Positions 36,263 to 46,726 of a stretch of DNA of 64,000 nucleotides are shown here, piece after piece; positions within the stretch are counted from its first letter, which is position 1, and each line of letters opens with the position of its first letter. The stretch spans positions 105,659-169,658 of IMG/VR virus record IMGVR_UViG_3300043411_001575, one strand, 5' to 3'. Under the pieces are notes generated by a model. That model had not been told where the DNA came from, did not search any database, and saw only the letters and a list, made by a program, of their open reading frames with translations. This stretch comes from a virus. A program made the translations under genes and the position numbers.

Positions 36263-38863
36263 TTAAACTTTTCTGCCTACTACTAAATCTCCATTTGCTA
36301 AAATATTGGCTGCGGTATCTACATATAAATCGCCACTAGATAATCCAGCATTTCCTGTTTGTAAAGACATGTTTATAATTCCACCTGATTTAATAGACAT
36401 TCTTTCAGAACCCGTTGTAACAAAAGCTAAATCATGCGCTGATGTCGTTCCAAATAATGCTCTTTGACCTATTACTGCTTGAACTAAATTGGTTACGTTG
36501 TCAGAAACTAATGTGCCTATTTCACCATTTAGTATTTGAACGTGAAATTTATAAGCAGGTAAAGCAACTCCTACTCCAACAAACCCATCATTCCTTACAT
36601 AAAGCAAAGGAGAGGGTGCAGAGTTATCTACTTTTAATGCGTAGTTTGATGATGTTTCATCAACTCCTTTAACTTGTAATTTAGCTGATGCAGAATCAAC
36701 CCCTATACCAACAGTATTATTTACCATTGATAAAATAGAGGTTGCAGTATCTATTGTTCCATTATAAAACCTCCAATATCCTAAATCAGCGTTTATAAAT
36801 TGAAACCCTGCTACTCCTGTACCTAAATATAGACTTCCTGTATTATTAGCTCCATAAGCAGTAAAGGCATTTACCGCAGAACCTTTAACCCCCATTGTAA
36901 TACCCGTATTTCCTCCCGATAACCATTCGGTATGAACCATAGCATTAGTGGCATTTGATTCAACTCTTGATAATACTTGATAAGCCCCACCCGTTGTGTA
37001 AACGTGTAGTTTATTTTGTGGAGTACTTGTTCCTATACCTACATTTCCACCATTTGCTTGTAATGATAAATTAAGTATAGTAGCATTAGTTGATAATGCT
37101 TGAATGTTAGGCACATTAGTTCCTCCTAATTGAAATGCTAAAGTAGAATTTGTTGCATTTGGCGTTAATGCTTCACTATCAGCAATCCATAATTGTCTGT
37201 TATTACCTGTGTTTACGCCAAGAAGCATAGATATACCACCTGTACTTGAAGCAATACCTAAAAAATCAGCACCACTAAGTTTAAGGTGTTCTTGTGTAAA
37301 AGAGCTTTCCTCAAGTTGTAGTTTAGCTGTTGGAGATGTTGTTCCAATGCCGACATTGCCAAACTCGTTAATAACCATTTTTTCAGTTGGTGTTCCTGCG
37401 GTAGTTGTAAAGAACTTCAAAAAACCATCTTCACTTCCATTAGTGTTATCAACAATTCCACCACTTATAACCGCATACGTTTTTTGAGAGCCAACTGAAT
37501 TATTTAAGTCAAAATTAATTGCATAACCATAAGTTAAATTTGGCTCATTTCTATGTAGAGTAAAAGTATTTGGGCTTAATCTTGCAAGTGTAGAACTACC
37601 ATGATACCAAGTAAAATCATAAGCATTACTATCTGCTCTAAAGAATAATTCTGTTTGACCTGCTCCATTATAAGAAACACCCAATCCACTTCTTCCTATT
37701 CCATTATTATAAATAACTAATTTAGGATTAGCCCCATTTACATTTGAATATTGCCCCCCTAAGTCTAATGATATTGGTGATACAACAGAAACAAAAGTAT
37801 TGTTACCCATATAAGCATTACCATCATTTCTAACATAGAATAAAGGAGAAGAAGCAGAGTTATCTACCTTTAATGCGTAGTTAGAATTTGTTGCATCCTC
37901 TCCTCTAATTTGTAATGTAGAAGAAGCTGCAAAATATGTTGCTCCAATACCAAAGTATTTATTCGGCTGCAAGAACATATTGAAATTATCACCAAAAAAT
38001 GTTCCACTCGTAACAGCTCCATTATTTATTTTAAAAGAAATTGATGGATTTGAACCTCCATTACTTATCATATTTAGAGCAGCATTTCCTGCTCTCATAG
38101 TGAAATTATTGCCATTATATGTAGCAAAACTATTATCGTCAATAGAAAATACTTCTCCAATAGTATTAAAATTAACAGATAGTCCTTTTGCTCCTGTACT
38201 AACAGTATTTTGAAGTATATCTAATTTAGCAGAAGGAGTTTTACCAACACCTAAATTACCTGCTGTACTAAGAGTCATGGTAGTCGAAGTACCATTATAG
38301 AATGTCAAATCATTGGCATAATCAAAAACAGAAGCCATAAAAATAGTTCCTATTCTGTGAGTTGCATCTCCAATATTTGAGCCTGTTGTAACAGGAAGAT
38401 AATCATTAGTTGAGTAATACCAAGTAGCATCTCCAATTACGCTGTTACCACCATCAGTCCAAAGAACAGCACGATTAGTCGTTCCACTTCCTGAAACATC
38501 ACCGCCTGTTGAAGTGTCAATTTGAATCCAAGTTGAACCATTCCAATAATTGAAAAATGATGATGAGGTATTATAAATAAACAATCCATTAACGGGAGCT
38601 ACAATTGCATCACGCTCCACAGTTGTCATTCGTGGACTTAAAAAACCTTGTGTAGTAGAGGTTAAGTCTAGTAAAGCAGAAGCATCAGGAGTAATAGTTC
38701 CTAAACCTGCTGAAATACCATTATCGAAAAACATACTGTTTCCAATATTTAATCCATCAGGAGTGAATTTACACAAATAATTTAGTGTACCACCACCTCC
38801 GATAGTACCTCCGCCTCCACCTCCGCCTGCGCCACTAAATCCAAATGATGTATTTCCAAACAT
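36263..38863 (-). CDS. Long fibre/receptor-binding protein
   Basis: Repeated GNVGIGTxxPxxKL units; NYALKVDNSAxSPLxYVRNDG occurs twice. Confidence 0.75.
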   Translation of the reverse strand: MFGNTSFGFSGAGGGGGGGTIGGGGTLNYLCKFTPDGLNIGNSMFFDNGISAGLGTITPDASALLDLTSTTQGFLSPRMTTVERDAIVAPVNGLFIYNTSSSFFNYWNGSTWIQIDTSTGGDVSGSGTTNRAVLWTDGGNSVIGDATWYYSTNDYLPVTTGSNIGDATHRIGTIFMASVFDYANDLTFYNGTSTTMTLSTAGNLGVGKTPSAKLDILQNTVSTGAKGLSVNFNTIGEVFSIDDNSFATYNGNNFTMRAGNAALNMISNGGSNPSISFKINNGAVTSGTFFGDNFNMFLQPNKYFGIGATYFAASSTLQIRGEDATNSNYALKVDNSASSPLFYVRNDGNAYMGNNTFVSVVSPISLDLGGQYSNVNGANPKLVIYNNGIGRSGLGVSYNGAGQTELFFRADSNAYDFTWYHGSSTLARLSPNTFTLHRNEPNLTYGYAINFDLNNSVGSQKTYAVISGGIVDNTNGSEDGFLKFFTTTAGTPTEKMVINEFGNVGIGTTSPTAKLQLEESSFTQEHLKLSGADFLGIASSTGGISMLLGVNTGNNRQLWIADSEALTPNATNSTLAFQLGGTNVPNIQALSTNATILNLSLQANGGNVGIGTSTPQNKLHVYTTGGAYQVLSRVESNATNAMVHTEWLSGGNTGITMGVKGSAVNAFTAYGANNTGSLYLGTGVAGFQFINADLGYWRFYNGTIDTATSILSMVNNTVGIGVDSASAKLQVKGVDETSSNYALKVDNSAPSPLLYVRNDGFVGVGVALPAYKFHVQILNGEIGTLVSDNVTNLVQAVIGQRALFGTTSAHDLAFVTTGSERMSIKSGGIINMSLQTGNAGLSSGDLYVDTAANILANGDLVVGRKV

Positions 38864-38880
38864 TGATTATTGTTTTATAA

Positions 38881-39144
38881 TTATCTACCAACTATAATTA
38901 AAGCCTCACCTGCTGATGCATCAATAACATATCCATCAATAGGAAATTGAAATGATACATTAAGAGGAGTGCCACTAGATAGAGTTATAGGGTCACTTGT
39001 TCTCGCTCCTAAACTTAAACTACCACTAACAGTTACAGTTCCGCTAACTAGTAAAACAGATACACTAGTAACACCCATACTTGCTACTATTGTCAAAGTA
39101 TCTGCTGATAATACGTATGTACCTACGTTTTCTGTGAATGCCAT
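38881..39144 (-). CDS. Small beta-rich structural protein
   Basis: 87 aa, V/T/S-rich. Confidence 0.6.
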   Translation of the reverse strand: MAFTENVGTYVLSADTLTIVASMGVTSVSVLLVSGTVTVSGSLSLGARTSDPITLSSGTPLNVSFQFPIDGYVIDASAGEALIIVGR

Positions 39145-39155
39145 TTTATTTTATT

Positions 39156-39545
39156 TTAACTAATTAATTCTTCTATTTTAACCTCTCTAATTGGAGTGTC
39201 ATTATTATACAAATATAATCTTGGATTAAAATCATCGCTTGTAGTATAAAACCTTCCATTCACAGTGTTTTCATCAATATTCTCTTTTTTAGCAAAATTA
39301 GCTAACGCATTACCTAAATACGTATTAACTAAAGGTGCTTGAATTGGATTAAGACCAAGTAAATCTTTTAAACTCACTTCACTAACCGAATCCATTTTTT
39401 GCATTACATCACATTTTACTGTGCTTGCAATAAATCCTTTTTTTCGAGATATACGAACACGAACTTCTTTTGTTGGTATTCCATTACTCTCAGCGCAACT
39501 TTTTAAAGCTGACTGAATTTTACTTACAATTTCTGCTGTTTCCAT
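39156..39545 (-). CDS. Hypothetical protein
   Basis: 129 aa ORF. Confidence 0.75.
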   Translation of the reverse strand: METAEIVSKIQSALKSCAESNGIPTKEVRVRISRKKGFIASTVKCDVMQKMDSVSEVSLKDLLGLNPIQAPLVNTYLGNALANFAKKENIDENTVNGRFYTTSDDFNPRLYLYNNDTPIREVKIEELIS

Positions 39546-39621
39546 TGTGTTTTTATTTTTTTGCTGTTAAGGTTCAAAAATAATAAAAATAATGGTTACT
39601 TATAAAAAAAAGACACTCAAC

Positions 39622-40152
39622 TTATGTAACATTTTCAACATCTTTATTTGTGCTACTAGTTACATCAGCTAAAGTAAAAGGAAGTTCAAATGGATATTTT
39701 TTCATATTTACAATTCCTGCCTTTATGTTCAATTTTCCTTTTATAAGGATTTTAACATTTTTCTGATTATTAAGTAAATCTGAAATATTAGCTATACCTG
39801 CTTTTACTACATCTTTTGGGTCTAAATTAACATAGAATGGTATTTTAGAAACTGAGTTAGACTTAATCTTAACATCCTCATCGTTTGTTATTTTAGAAAC
39901 AAATTTTCCATTTACAAATACATCATAATTTTGTCCTGATATAATTACACTTAAATCACCTTTATTATCTACATTATAGAATAAAGTAAAGCTAATTTTA
40001 TCTAAAGCTACCTTTAGATTTTTAACTCCACCCATTGCCCATTTAGCATTATAAATGTAGTCGAATTGTTTTTTTAGATAAAGTCCTACTACTCCTAAAA
40101 CAAGTGTAACTCCACCTGCTATTCCCCATTTTTGTCCTTTTGTTAGTGTCAT
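39622..40152 (-). CDS. LEA_2/WHy-like membrane-anchored protein
   Basis: N-terminal TM; VDNKGDLSVIISGQNYDVFVNGKFVS pattern. Confidence 0.65.
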   Translation of the reverse strand: MTLTKGQKWGIAGGVTLVLGVVGLYLKKQFDYIYNAKWAMGGVKNLKVALDKISFTLFYNVDNKGDLSVIISGQNYDVFVNGKFVSKITNDEDVKIKSNSVSKIPFYVNLDPKDVVKAGIANISDLLNNQKNVKILIKGKLNIKAGIVNMKKYPFELPFTLADVTSSTNKDVENVT

Positions 40153-40181
40153 TTTGTTATTATTTTTAATACTTATTTATT

Positions 40182-40847
40182 TTAAATCAAGATGTCTAGT
40201 ATCGAATTAACTCCAATTAGCTTCTTTATATAGTTTGCTGTTTCAGTTGGAACTAACTTGATTAATTCATTTGTTGAACCTTTGAATGGAATTATTTTCT
40301 TTGATGATTTACTAAATCTACCACCGTTATAAACAGCAATCACCTTATCTAATCTAACCTTACCATTTTCAACAAATTCATCACATAATTGCTTCAGCAA
40401 TATGCTCCCCACCAAAATGCTAAAACTTGGATTTAAAAGGTCTGATTTCGTTATAAATGTCTTACCTAATGATTTCTGTTTAGGCTTAACTTTTTCAATT
40501 ATTGAATACCTATTACCTAAATATTTTTTCAGTAAGTCTTGCTCAGGTTTATCTAATCTACCTGCACCTTTTTCGAAAATAAGAGCATCCGAAGCCGTTG
40601 CGGGTGAAAGTTGCATGATTCCTATTGCGTATGGTGATTGAGCGTCCCACTTACCTGCCGACTCCACGAACATAACACCTTCAATTAATTCTGAAGGTAA
40701 GCCAACTATACTTCCAATATAATTAATTGTTTTCCCATACTTAGGTCTAATGAAATTTACTATTTTTTCTTCATTAGCTTTAGCGGAATCATCATCATAA
40801 AATGATTGTGATATAGCAGGTATTTTTATATTAAGCGTAGAAGCCAT
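40182..40847 (-). CDS. Lytic transglycosylase (SLT domain)
   Basis: VESAG, AIGIMQLSPATA, LLNP, AVYNGG, ETANYI. Confidence 0.85.
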   Translation of the reverse strand: MASTLNIKIPAISQSFYDDDSAKANEEKIVNFIRPKYGKTINYIGSIVGLPSELIEGVMFVESAGKWDAQSPYAIGIMQLSPATASDALIFEKGAGRLDKPEQDLLKKYLGNRYSIIEKVKPKQKSLGKTFITKSDLLNPSFSILVGSILLKQLCDEFVENGKVRLDKVIAVYNGGRFSKSSKKIIPFKGSTNELIKLVPTETANYIKKLIGVNSILDILI

Positions 40848-40861
40848 TTTGTTTTATTTTT

Positions 40862-41098
40862 TTAATCTTCTCTTGTAAAAACTATTTTATTTTTTTTTGA
40901 ATCAGCGTCAACTTTACCTTCTCCAACTAAATCATCTTCTACTGCAAAATACCCTAATGCTGCTCCTGCTATTAAACCAATAACTGAAGAAACAATATTG
41001 TTTGCGGAAGGTCTCCTAAAAATAAATTTAGAAATAGAGTATCCAACAAGAGTTCCTGTTGCTCCAAATCCTAATGCGTATTTAACTTTTTTATTCAT
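40862..41098 (-). CDS. Small two-TM membrane protein
   Basis: Two hydrophobic Gly-rich helices. Confidence 0.7.
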   Translation of the reverse strand: MNKKVKYALGFGATGTLVGYSISKFIFRRPSANNIVSSVIGLIAGAALGYFAVEDDLVGEGKVDADSKKNKIVFTRED

Positions 41099-41100
41099 GA

Positions 41101-41535
41101 TTAGCTTAATTTTTTATTTAATAATAAAATTGAGGCTGAAATTAACACTACTCCTAATGAAGCTATAGCTATGTATTTACCTAGTTTGTTTTCTTTTTTA
41201 ATAACTCTTTTCGAAACAATTGGTACATCAGCTAATATAGTTTGAGCATCTTCTTTTAGAGTTTTTTTAATGGCTCTTATAGGCATACCCATACCTGTTA
41301 AATCAATAGGAACTACAGATTTCGCAGGGAAAATATTTTTATTATATCCAACCATAGTGATGGTTATATAATCAGAATCTTGAACTCCATCAAGAATCCA
41401 TTTTCCTTTTTCATCTGACTGAGTATTTTTAGAACCTGATAATGGCTTTCCATTTGCATCAGATGTGTAGATGGTAGCAAACTCAATTGGCTTGTTACTT
41501 GAATCTACTAATTGACCCATTACTTTATATCCCAT
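41101..41535 (-). CDS. Carboxypeptidase-regulatory-like (prealbumin fold) protein with C-terminal TM
   Basis: GQLVDSSNKPIEFATI...TQSDEKGKWIL...ITMVGY. Confidence 0.7.
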   Translation of the reverse strand: MGYKVMGQLVDSSNKPIEFATIYTSDANGKPLSGSKNTQSDEKGKWILDGVQDSDYITITMVGYNKNIFPAKSVVPIDLTGMGMPIRAIKKTLKEDAQTILADVPIVSKRVIKKENKLGKYIAIASLGVVLISASILLLNKKLS

Positions 41536-41855
41536 TATTTTAATTTATTAAGAAATTCTCTTACTTTTATTTTCTCTGATGCAGTTAGAGACTTTTCTGA
41601 ACTTTCGCCTTTGCTAAGCATCGACATAAATTCATTATGACTTTTTCTGTTGAATTTATCTAAATATTTTTTCTTAACTAAAGCTAGTCTATCAACAGAA
41701 ATATCAAAAATATCCTGTCCTTTATTTTTAGACAAACTTACAAGCGCATCAAAATCTGAATCAGAAAGTTTATTATCTTTTTTATAGATGTATATTCCAA
41801 CACCTATACCTAATGCAGCTAATACAGTAACCCCTAATAATAATCCTTTTTTCAT
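41535..41855 (-). CDS. Membrane-anchored hypothetical protein
   Basis: N-terminal TM followed by YKK. Confidence 0.72.
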   Translation of the reverse strand: MKKGLLLGVTVLAALGIGVGIYIYKKDNKLSDSDFDALVSLSKNKGQDIFDISVDRLALVKKKYLDKFNRKSHNEFMSMLSKGESSEKSLTASEKIKVREFLNKLK

Positions 41856-41885
41856 TTTATTTTTTTTTAATTTCTTATGAAATTT

Positions 41886-42311
41886 TTATTTTGTAAAAAA
41901 ACCATCAAATCCACTATCAAGATTTTCCATATTTGATAAATCACTTCCATCAAATGCAGTTATAGTTTGAACTTTGTTTTTATTATTTGAAACTTCACGA
42001 ACAGGTAAAACATCAAATCCAATACTAAGGGCATCAATATATTTTCTATCTCCACTTAAAGGATTAACTAAAACCCAATATTCACGTTCAATAGTTTGAA
42101 CACCTCCTGTTCTATCAGGACGTATTACATTAATTTTAGATGTATTATCTTTAATAATAAAAGAATTACCTATGTTTACAGGAACATTTATTCCGTTTAA
42201 TTCGTCTAAATAGCCATCTGATTTAACCGAAAAAACATATGTTTGTTGCGGTAAAACTTGTTGACCTGTACGTGGGTCAACTCTCGGTCTATTGAACACT
42301 AATCTTTTCAT
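41886..42311 (-). CDS. Hypothetical protein
   Basis: Start MKRL; ends with two FDG motifs. Confidence 0.65.
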   Translation of the reverse strand: MKRLVFNRPRVDPRTGQQVLPQQTYVFSVKSDGYLDELNGINVPVNIGNSFIIKDNTSKINVIRPDRTGGVQTIEREYWVLVNPLSGDRKYIDALSIGFDVLPVREVSNNKNKVQTITAFDGSDLSNMENLDSGFDGFFTK

Positions 42312-42315
42312 ATGT

Positions 42316-42870
42316 TTATTTTTTAGGTGGAACAATTTTTACAGATGCAGCAGCTACCAATGTACCTATAAATGAGAATAACAATGCGTATCCAATATAA
42401 CCTTTAACACTTGATTTTTTATAGTGAGCAAATCCTAAACCTGCTACAAAACCAATAGGAGATAATACTTTTGCTCTATCTGAAAAAGATTTCAATTTAC
42501 CCATTGCGCTTTCTAATGATTTAGGCAGTTCTATTGTTGCATTTGTATTTACATCAGATTGTTTTATAGCATCAGAAGGAGCGATAAGCATCTGTGGTTT
42601 ACCTCCAATAAATCCTTTTGGAATCCAATTCATGTACATTCCGTTGTCTGCAATTAACTTATTATTTTCTTTACTAACAATATTAATAGAACGATAATCC
42701 TTACCATCATTTCTGTTAGTAACTTTATCACGTAAATTAACTCCATAATTAGGCGCAAAAATAATTGTTGAAGGAACAATGAAGTCCTCTATTTTATCAG
42801 GAAATAAATACCCTTTTATTTCTTTACCTTCAGCTTGTGCCGTACCTTTTATAGTAATTAATTCTGCCAT
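42316..42870 (-). CDS. Membrane protein (two C-terminal TM)
   Basis: Hydrophobic C-terminal hairpin. Confidence 0.7.
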   Translation of the reverse strand: MAELITIKGTAQAEGKEIKGYLFPDKIEDFIVPSTIIFAPNYGVNLRDKVTNRNDGKDYRSINIVSKENNKLIADNGMYMNWIPKGFIGGKPQMLIAPSDAIKQSDVNTNATIELPKSLESAMGKLKSFSDRAKVLSPIGFVAGLGFAHYKKSSVKGYIGYALLFSFIGTLVAAASVKIVPPKK

Positions 42871-42890
42871 TTTTTTTTAAATTATATTAT

Positions 42891-43478
42891 TTATTTTTTT
42901 GATTTACTTAAATTACCTGAAACACTTACTCTATCATAATCTATGATAATCGTAACTGTTGTTTTTGGTTGAATAACGTAATCTAAAAAGCAAGTACCAT
43001 CTAATATTAAATTATTCGGTCTAATCTCGGTCATTTTAGATTGAAACTGCATAGTTGACATCATTGGTATATACTCTTCAGTAGCAGAATTTCCTGATGC
43101 ATCCTTACAAGTCTTTACAAACATTTGATTTGTTTGAGACACTGCGTTTACTCCATTAGCTATTACTTTTATTGTTTTAACTTTCTTAGGTTCTCTAGGA
43201 AGAGTTTGATTAAAGTAAGGTAAGTTTGTATTTGATAAACTAGAATAATTACCTCCACCATAAGTATCAAACAATCTTATTTGAACAGCATTTGATGAAT
43301 TATTTTTAAATGCAAATTGGGTTAAAGAAGCCTTGCCAAAATTATCCAACATGTCTTCAACAAAGTTAGACTTATCTTCTTGCTCTTTATTTTTTCTGTA
43401 TTTTTTTACACCAATAACAACTAATGTAGCTGCTAAAACAACACCACATGCTAATAATATTTTATTGTTTTTTGTCAT
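42891..43478 (-). CDS. Beta-rich putative capsid-associated protein with N-terminal TM; paralog of 60024-60641
   Basis: Shared DASGN/DANGN, QxQS and ILD motifs. Confidence 0.55.
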   Translation of the reverse strand: MTKNNKILLACGVVLAATLVVIGVKKYRKNKEQEDKSNFVEDMLDNFGKASLTQFAFKNNSSNAVQIRLFDTYGGGNYSSLSNTNLPYFNQTLPREPKKVKTIKVIANGVNAVSQTNQMFVKTCKDASGNSATEEYIPMMSTMQFQSKMTEIRPNNLILDGTCFLDYVIQPKTTVTIIIDYDRVSVSGNLSKSKK

Positions 43479-43484
43479 TTCTTA

Positions 43485-44207
43485 TTATGCTAATTTAAAT
43501 TTTGTGTTTTTATTAATAAATCCGAAATAAACTATCCCTGCAATTCCTAAACTAATTAATAGAATCGGAATAACATGGCTATCTTTCACTCCTTGTTCCA
43601 CTTCATTAGCAGTAATTTCAGCAGCGTTTTTTAATTGGTCTATAATTCCTGCGATTTTATTTCCGCCTTGTCTTACTAAACTACTATCACTTTTTATTCT
43701 ACTATCTAAAGCAACTCTAACTAGTTCGTTTTTATTAGCAATACCTTTTGAAACAGCTTCATTAAAATCATTTGCAAATCTTTGAAACCATCCTGAACCA
43801 TTCCATGTAGCATAAATAAAATTAAATAAAAGCCTATCATCAGATTCAATTATTTTTCTTGATTCAGAAGACAGGTATCTATTTGCTAATTTATCATATT
43901 GTTCATACATAACATCAGCAGCACCTAATTTTAATTTATCTTCATATTGCCCACCTTTGTAATTCCACTTCCAATTTTTTCTAGCTCCAACCAAATCTAT
44001 GGCTTTCCAAAATCTAATTCCTGAAGGAGATGTGTTCAAGCTACCACCATTTTTTCTATCAATACCAAACATGGTTTCACCGCTACTTGCATATCGATTA
44101 TCTTTAACTCTTCCATCTTTCAACATATCAGGATGGTAGTATCCACCCTCAATATTATCTATAATGAAATTAGTTATCTTTATATATCTTTCCTTATTTA
44201 TTGACAT
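43485..44207 (-). CDS. Glycoside hydrolase 108-like lysozyme with C-terminal TM
   Basis: IEGGY...SGETMFGIDR motif. Confidence 0.65.
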   Translation of the reverse strand: MSINKERYIKITNFIIDNIEGGYYHPDMLKDGRVKDNRYASSGETMFGIDRKNGGSLNTSPSGIRFWKAIDLVGARKNWKWNYKGGQYEDKLKLGAADVMYEQYDKLANRYLSSESRKIIESDDRLLFNFIYATWNGSGWFQRFANDFNEAVSKGIANKNELVRVALDSRIKSDSSLVRQGGNKIAGIIDQLKNAAEITANEVEQGVKDSHVIPILLISLGIAGIVYFGFINKNTKFKLA

Positions 44208-44596
44208 TATTTATTATCAAAAATATTATGCATCAATTTTAGAAAATTAGTATTTTTCTCTTCGTTATTTTTAGCTAAACCATTTTTAGCTGTTTCGTAA
44301 ACAATCTTTAGTTCATCAAGCGTTATTAATTCAGAAAGATTTTCAATCTGTTTTAAAAGTCTTAAATCATATCCAAAAGGTGTTGGATATTCAACATATT
44401 TAACACCTTCATGAAATTCATCGAAATTATTAATTTCCTTATATTTTTCACGCATTGAGTTTATGAATTTCTGATTCTCACTTAATGCTTCTTCTTCTTT
44501 TTTCTTTAACCTATAGGAAGAGACAGCGGCATTTGTAGCAAGTGAAAGTCCTAATCCAACAATTAAAAAAAATACTATTTTAGTTCCCTTTGTCAT
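44207..44596 (-). CDS. Membrane-anchored hypothetical protein
   Basis: N-terminal TM. Confidence 0.72.
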   Translation of the reverse strand: MTKGTKIVFFLIVGLGLSLATNAAVSSYRLKKKEEEALSENQKFINSMREKYKEINNFDEFHEGVKYVEYPTPFGYDLRLLKQIENLSELITLDELKIVYETAKNGLAKNNEEKNTNFLKLMHNIFDNK

Positions 44597-44967
44597 TAAA
44601 TCTTTTTTAAATCTTCAAATAATTTTTCAATTTCTTTTTCCTTAATCGCTTTCAAACCTTTTTCTGAAATAACAGAAATATTAATTTCATTCTTTTTTTC
44701 ATTTGGAATAGTAGCCATAAAGTAGTCGTAAAATGGATTAAAATCATCAGTTTTCATTGATGATAAAGTTTTTTTCCAATTGCTAATTAACTCTTCGTTT
44801 CCACCTTCTAATTTTGTTTTATCAGATAATATTTTTTTAGTTACTTCATCTAAAATTTTCTTTTCTTTATTTTTTCGTAATAGATAAATAGTACCAAAGT
44901 ACCCAACGGATATTACTGATGGAACTAAAACGGCAATCAATATGTTTTTAACTAAAGTCTTATTCAC
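44596..44967 (-). CDS. Membrane-anchored hypothetical protein
   Basis: N-terminal TM followed by basic residues. Confidence 0.72.
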   Translation of the reverse strand: MNKTLVKNILIAVLVPSVISVGYFGTIYLLRKNKEKKILDEVTKKILSDKTKLEGGNEELISNWKKTLSSMKTDDFNPFYDYFMATIPNEKKNEINISVISEKGLKAIKEKEIEKLFEDLKKI

Positions 44968-44977
44968 TATTTATATA

Positions 44978-45529
44978 TTATTTGAAACGGTATTGAGGCA
45001 TTGTTTTTAAAATATTAGCTAGTCTATCTACTAATAGAATAGAACCTCCTTGACTTGTAGTTAAAATTCCAATAGAGCCTTTTCTAAAAGCAGATTCTTC
45101 AAATATATCCTGCATTAAATTTCTTGTTGTTAATTTAACATAAGCTAAGTTGACCATTTGCCACTCTAAAACACTCCCTATTTTATTAAGAGTATTATAA
45201 AAAGAATCTGTATCTGTTCCTACTCTTTCAATTGCCTTTCTAAAATCACTTGCTAACTGAACGGTTATTTTACCCCAATCTTCTTTTTTATTATTAAAAA
45301 TTTTAACTCCTTTTGGAAGTGGATTTGTTTTAGTATCTAATAAGTTTTTTTTGTATAAATTTTCTATAATATTTACATCTCCACTATTTTCAGTTTTAAA
45401 TTCTTCTATTTTCTCAAGAATAAAATCAACCTCTGCGCTCTTTTTAGCTCTATTATATAGAATAAAAATAGTTGTACCTGTAACAATAATACCACCAATT
45501 ATTAATAATTTATTATCTTTTAAGTTCAT
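44978..45529 (-). CDS. Membrane-anchored protein with an annexin-like repeat
   Basis: LASDFRKAIERVGTDTDSFYNTL...VNLAYVKLTTRNLMQDIFEE. Confidence 0.6.
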   Translation of the reverse strand: MNLKDNKLLIIGGIIVTGTTIFILYNRAKKSAEVDFILEKIEEFKTENSGDVNIIENLYKKNLLDTKTNPLPKGVKIFNNKKEDWGKITVQLASDFRKAIERVGTDTDSFYNTLNKIGSVLEWQMVNLAYVKLTTRNLMQDIFEESAFRKGSIGILTTSQGGSILLVDRLANILKTMPQYRFK

Positions 45530-45930
45530 TTTTTTATCCCTCCCCCGACTAAAGCATTTGGATTTTTCGCTACATTATAAACAAGAAGTCCTAAGCCTAA
45601 AATTAATATTCCTCCAACTGCAAAAGCAGCATATTTTCCAATTTTCATGATATTACCAAAAGAATCTGAAATACCTCCACCTAAGTCAGCTATTTCATTT
45701 AGAACACCTTCTGATATATTAATACCATCTTCAGAAAGAACCTTTCTTAATTGATAAGTATTAGCATCTTTACTTCCACGTTTTCTCCATGCAGCCATGA
45801 ATATACGAGCAGAATCTTGTCTTCCATATCTGCCATTTATTTTGTCGTACCAATTAATCCACTCAAAATCTTTTGATTTGAAATTTGGCATTGACAAAAG
45901 AAGCTTAACATTTTTTTCTTTAATGTTCAT
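45526..45930 (-). CDS. Membrane-anchored hypothetical protein
   Basis: C-terminal TM. Confidence 0.72.
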   Translation of the reverse strand: MNIKEKNVKLLLSMPNFKSKDFEWINWYDKINGRYGRQDSARIFMAAWRKRGSKDANTYQLRKVLSEDGINISEGVLNEIADLGGGISDSFGNIMKIGKYAAFAVGGILILGLGLLVYNVAKNPNALVGGGIKK

Positions 45931-45931
45931 C

Positions 45932-46723
45932 TTAAATAATTTTATAGTAAGGCTTTAAAAAACACTTACGTAATTTTAGAGTTCCGACAACTTCTTCGTA
46001 CTTGGCTTTTCTTTGAAGTATTTGCTCAAAGTGCGATTCATGAATTTCGTTGCCGACTAAATGTTGTCTTAAAATACTTTCCTGATTATTACTATTATCA
46101 TAGTCAGGTAAAATCAAATCTCCTGATGGATTAGGCTCTTCAGTTTTAACTTGTTCAGTTGATTGAACCTGAGTATTAACTAAATTTTCCTGACCAACAG
46201 AAGGTACATCTTGAGTAGAAGGAACAGTTCTAATTGGAGCTGTTGTTTTAAAATACTCTTGACTTAAAAGTTCGCTTCCTTGCAGGCTGCCTCCATCTGA
46301 TTTCTTCTCATAATTTTCAATATTTTGAAGTTCAAAAAGAGGCATACCTTTATTGGAATCGGTAAAGAATAAAGTATAATCTTGAGACCCTTCAATTTTT
46401 ATATTTTCGGGACTAGCTTTATCTGTTAGAATTCCTTGTTGCTTAAGAACATCAATGATTTTATCATTTTTAGTTCCAAAAGGAAATTCAATAAGTTTTT
46501 CAGAAGAAAAAATTTGATTTACATAAAATCCACTATCATTGCTTCCATGAATGTCATAAGTTACTAACCTACAACTTACATTTTCAACAACATTACCTCC
46601 ATCAGCAAGTTTTTTACTACCACTAACTTCTTTTTTTGAATTTTTCATAAATCGATTACCTGCGGGTTTAACAACCTGCTTGTCATTTATTTTTTTCTTC
46701 TTACTATCCTTATTTTCAGACAT
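45932..46723 (-). CDS. Short GG-linker modular protein
   Basis: LADGG and KSDGG linkers; C-terminal RKCFLKPYYK shared with 47071-52041. Confidence 0.75.
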   Translation of the reverse strand: MSENKDSKKKKINDKQVVKPAGNRFMKNSKKEVSGSKKLADGGNVVENVSCRLVTYDIHGSNDSGFYVNQIFSSEKLIEFPFGTKNDKIIDVLKQQGILTDKASPENIKIEGSQDYTLFFTDSNKGMPLFELQNIENYEKKSDGGSLQGSELLSQEYFKTTAPIRTVPSTQDVPSVGQENLVNTQVQSTEQVKTEEPNPSGDLILPDYDNSNNQESILRQHLVGNEIHESHFEQILQRKAKYEEVVGTLKLRKCFLKPYYKII

Positions 46724-46726
46724 AGA

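Larger units (their letters stand above)
35717..38871 (-). repeat. Near-identical ~250 bp duplication (35717-35967 and 38621-38871) encoding a shared fibre N-terminus
   Basis: Direct sequence comparison. Confidence 0.85.
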
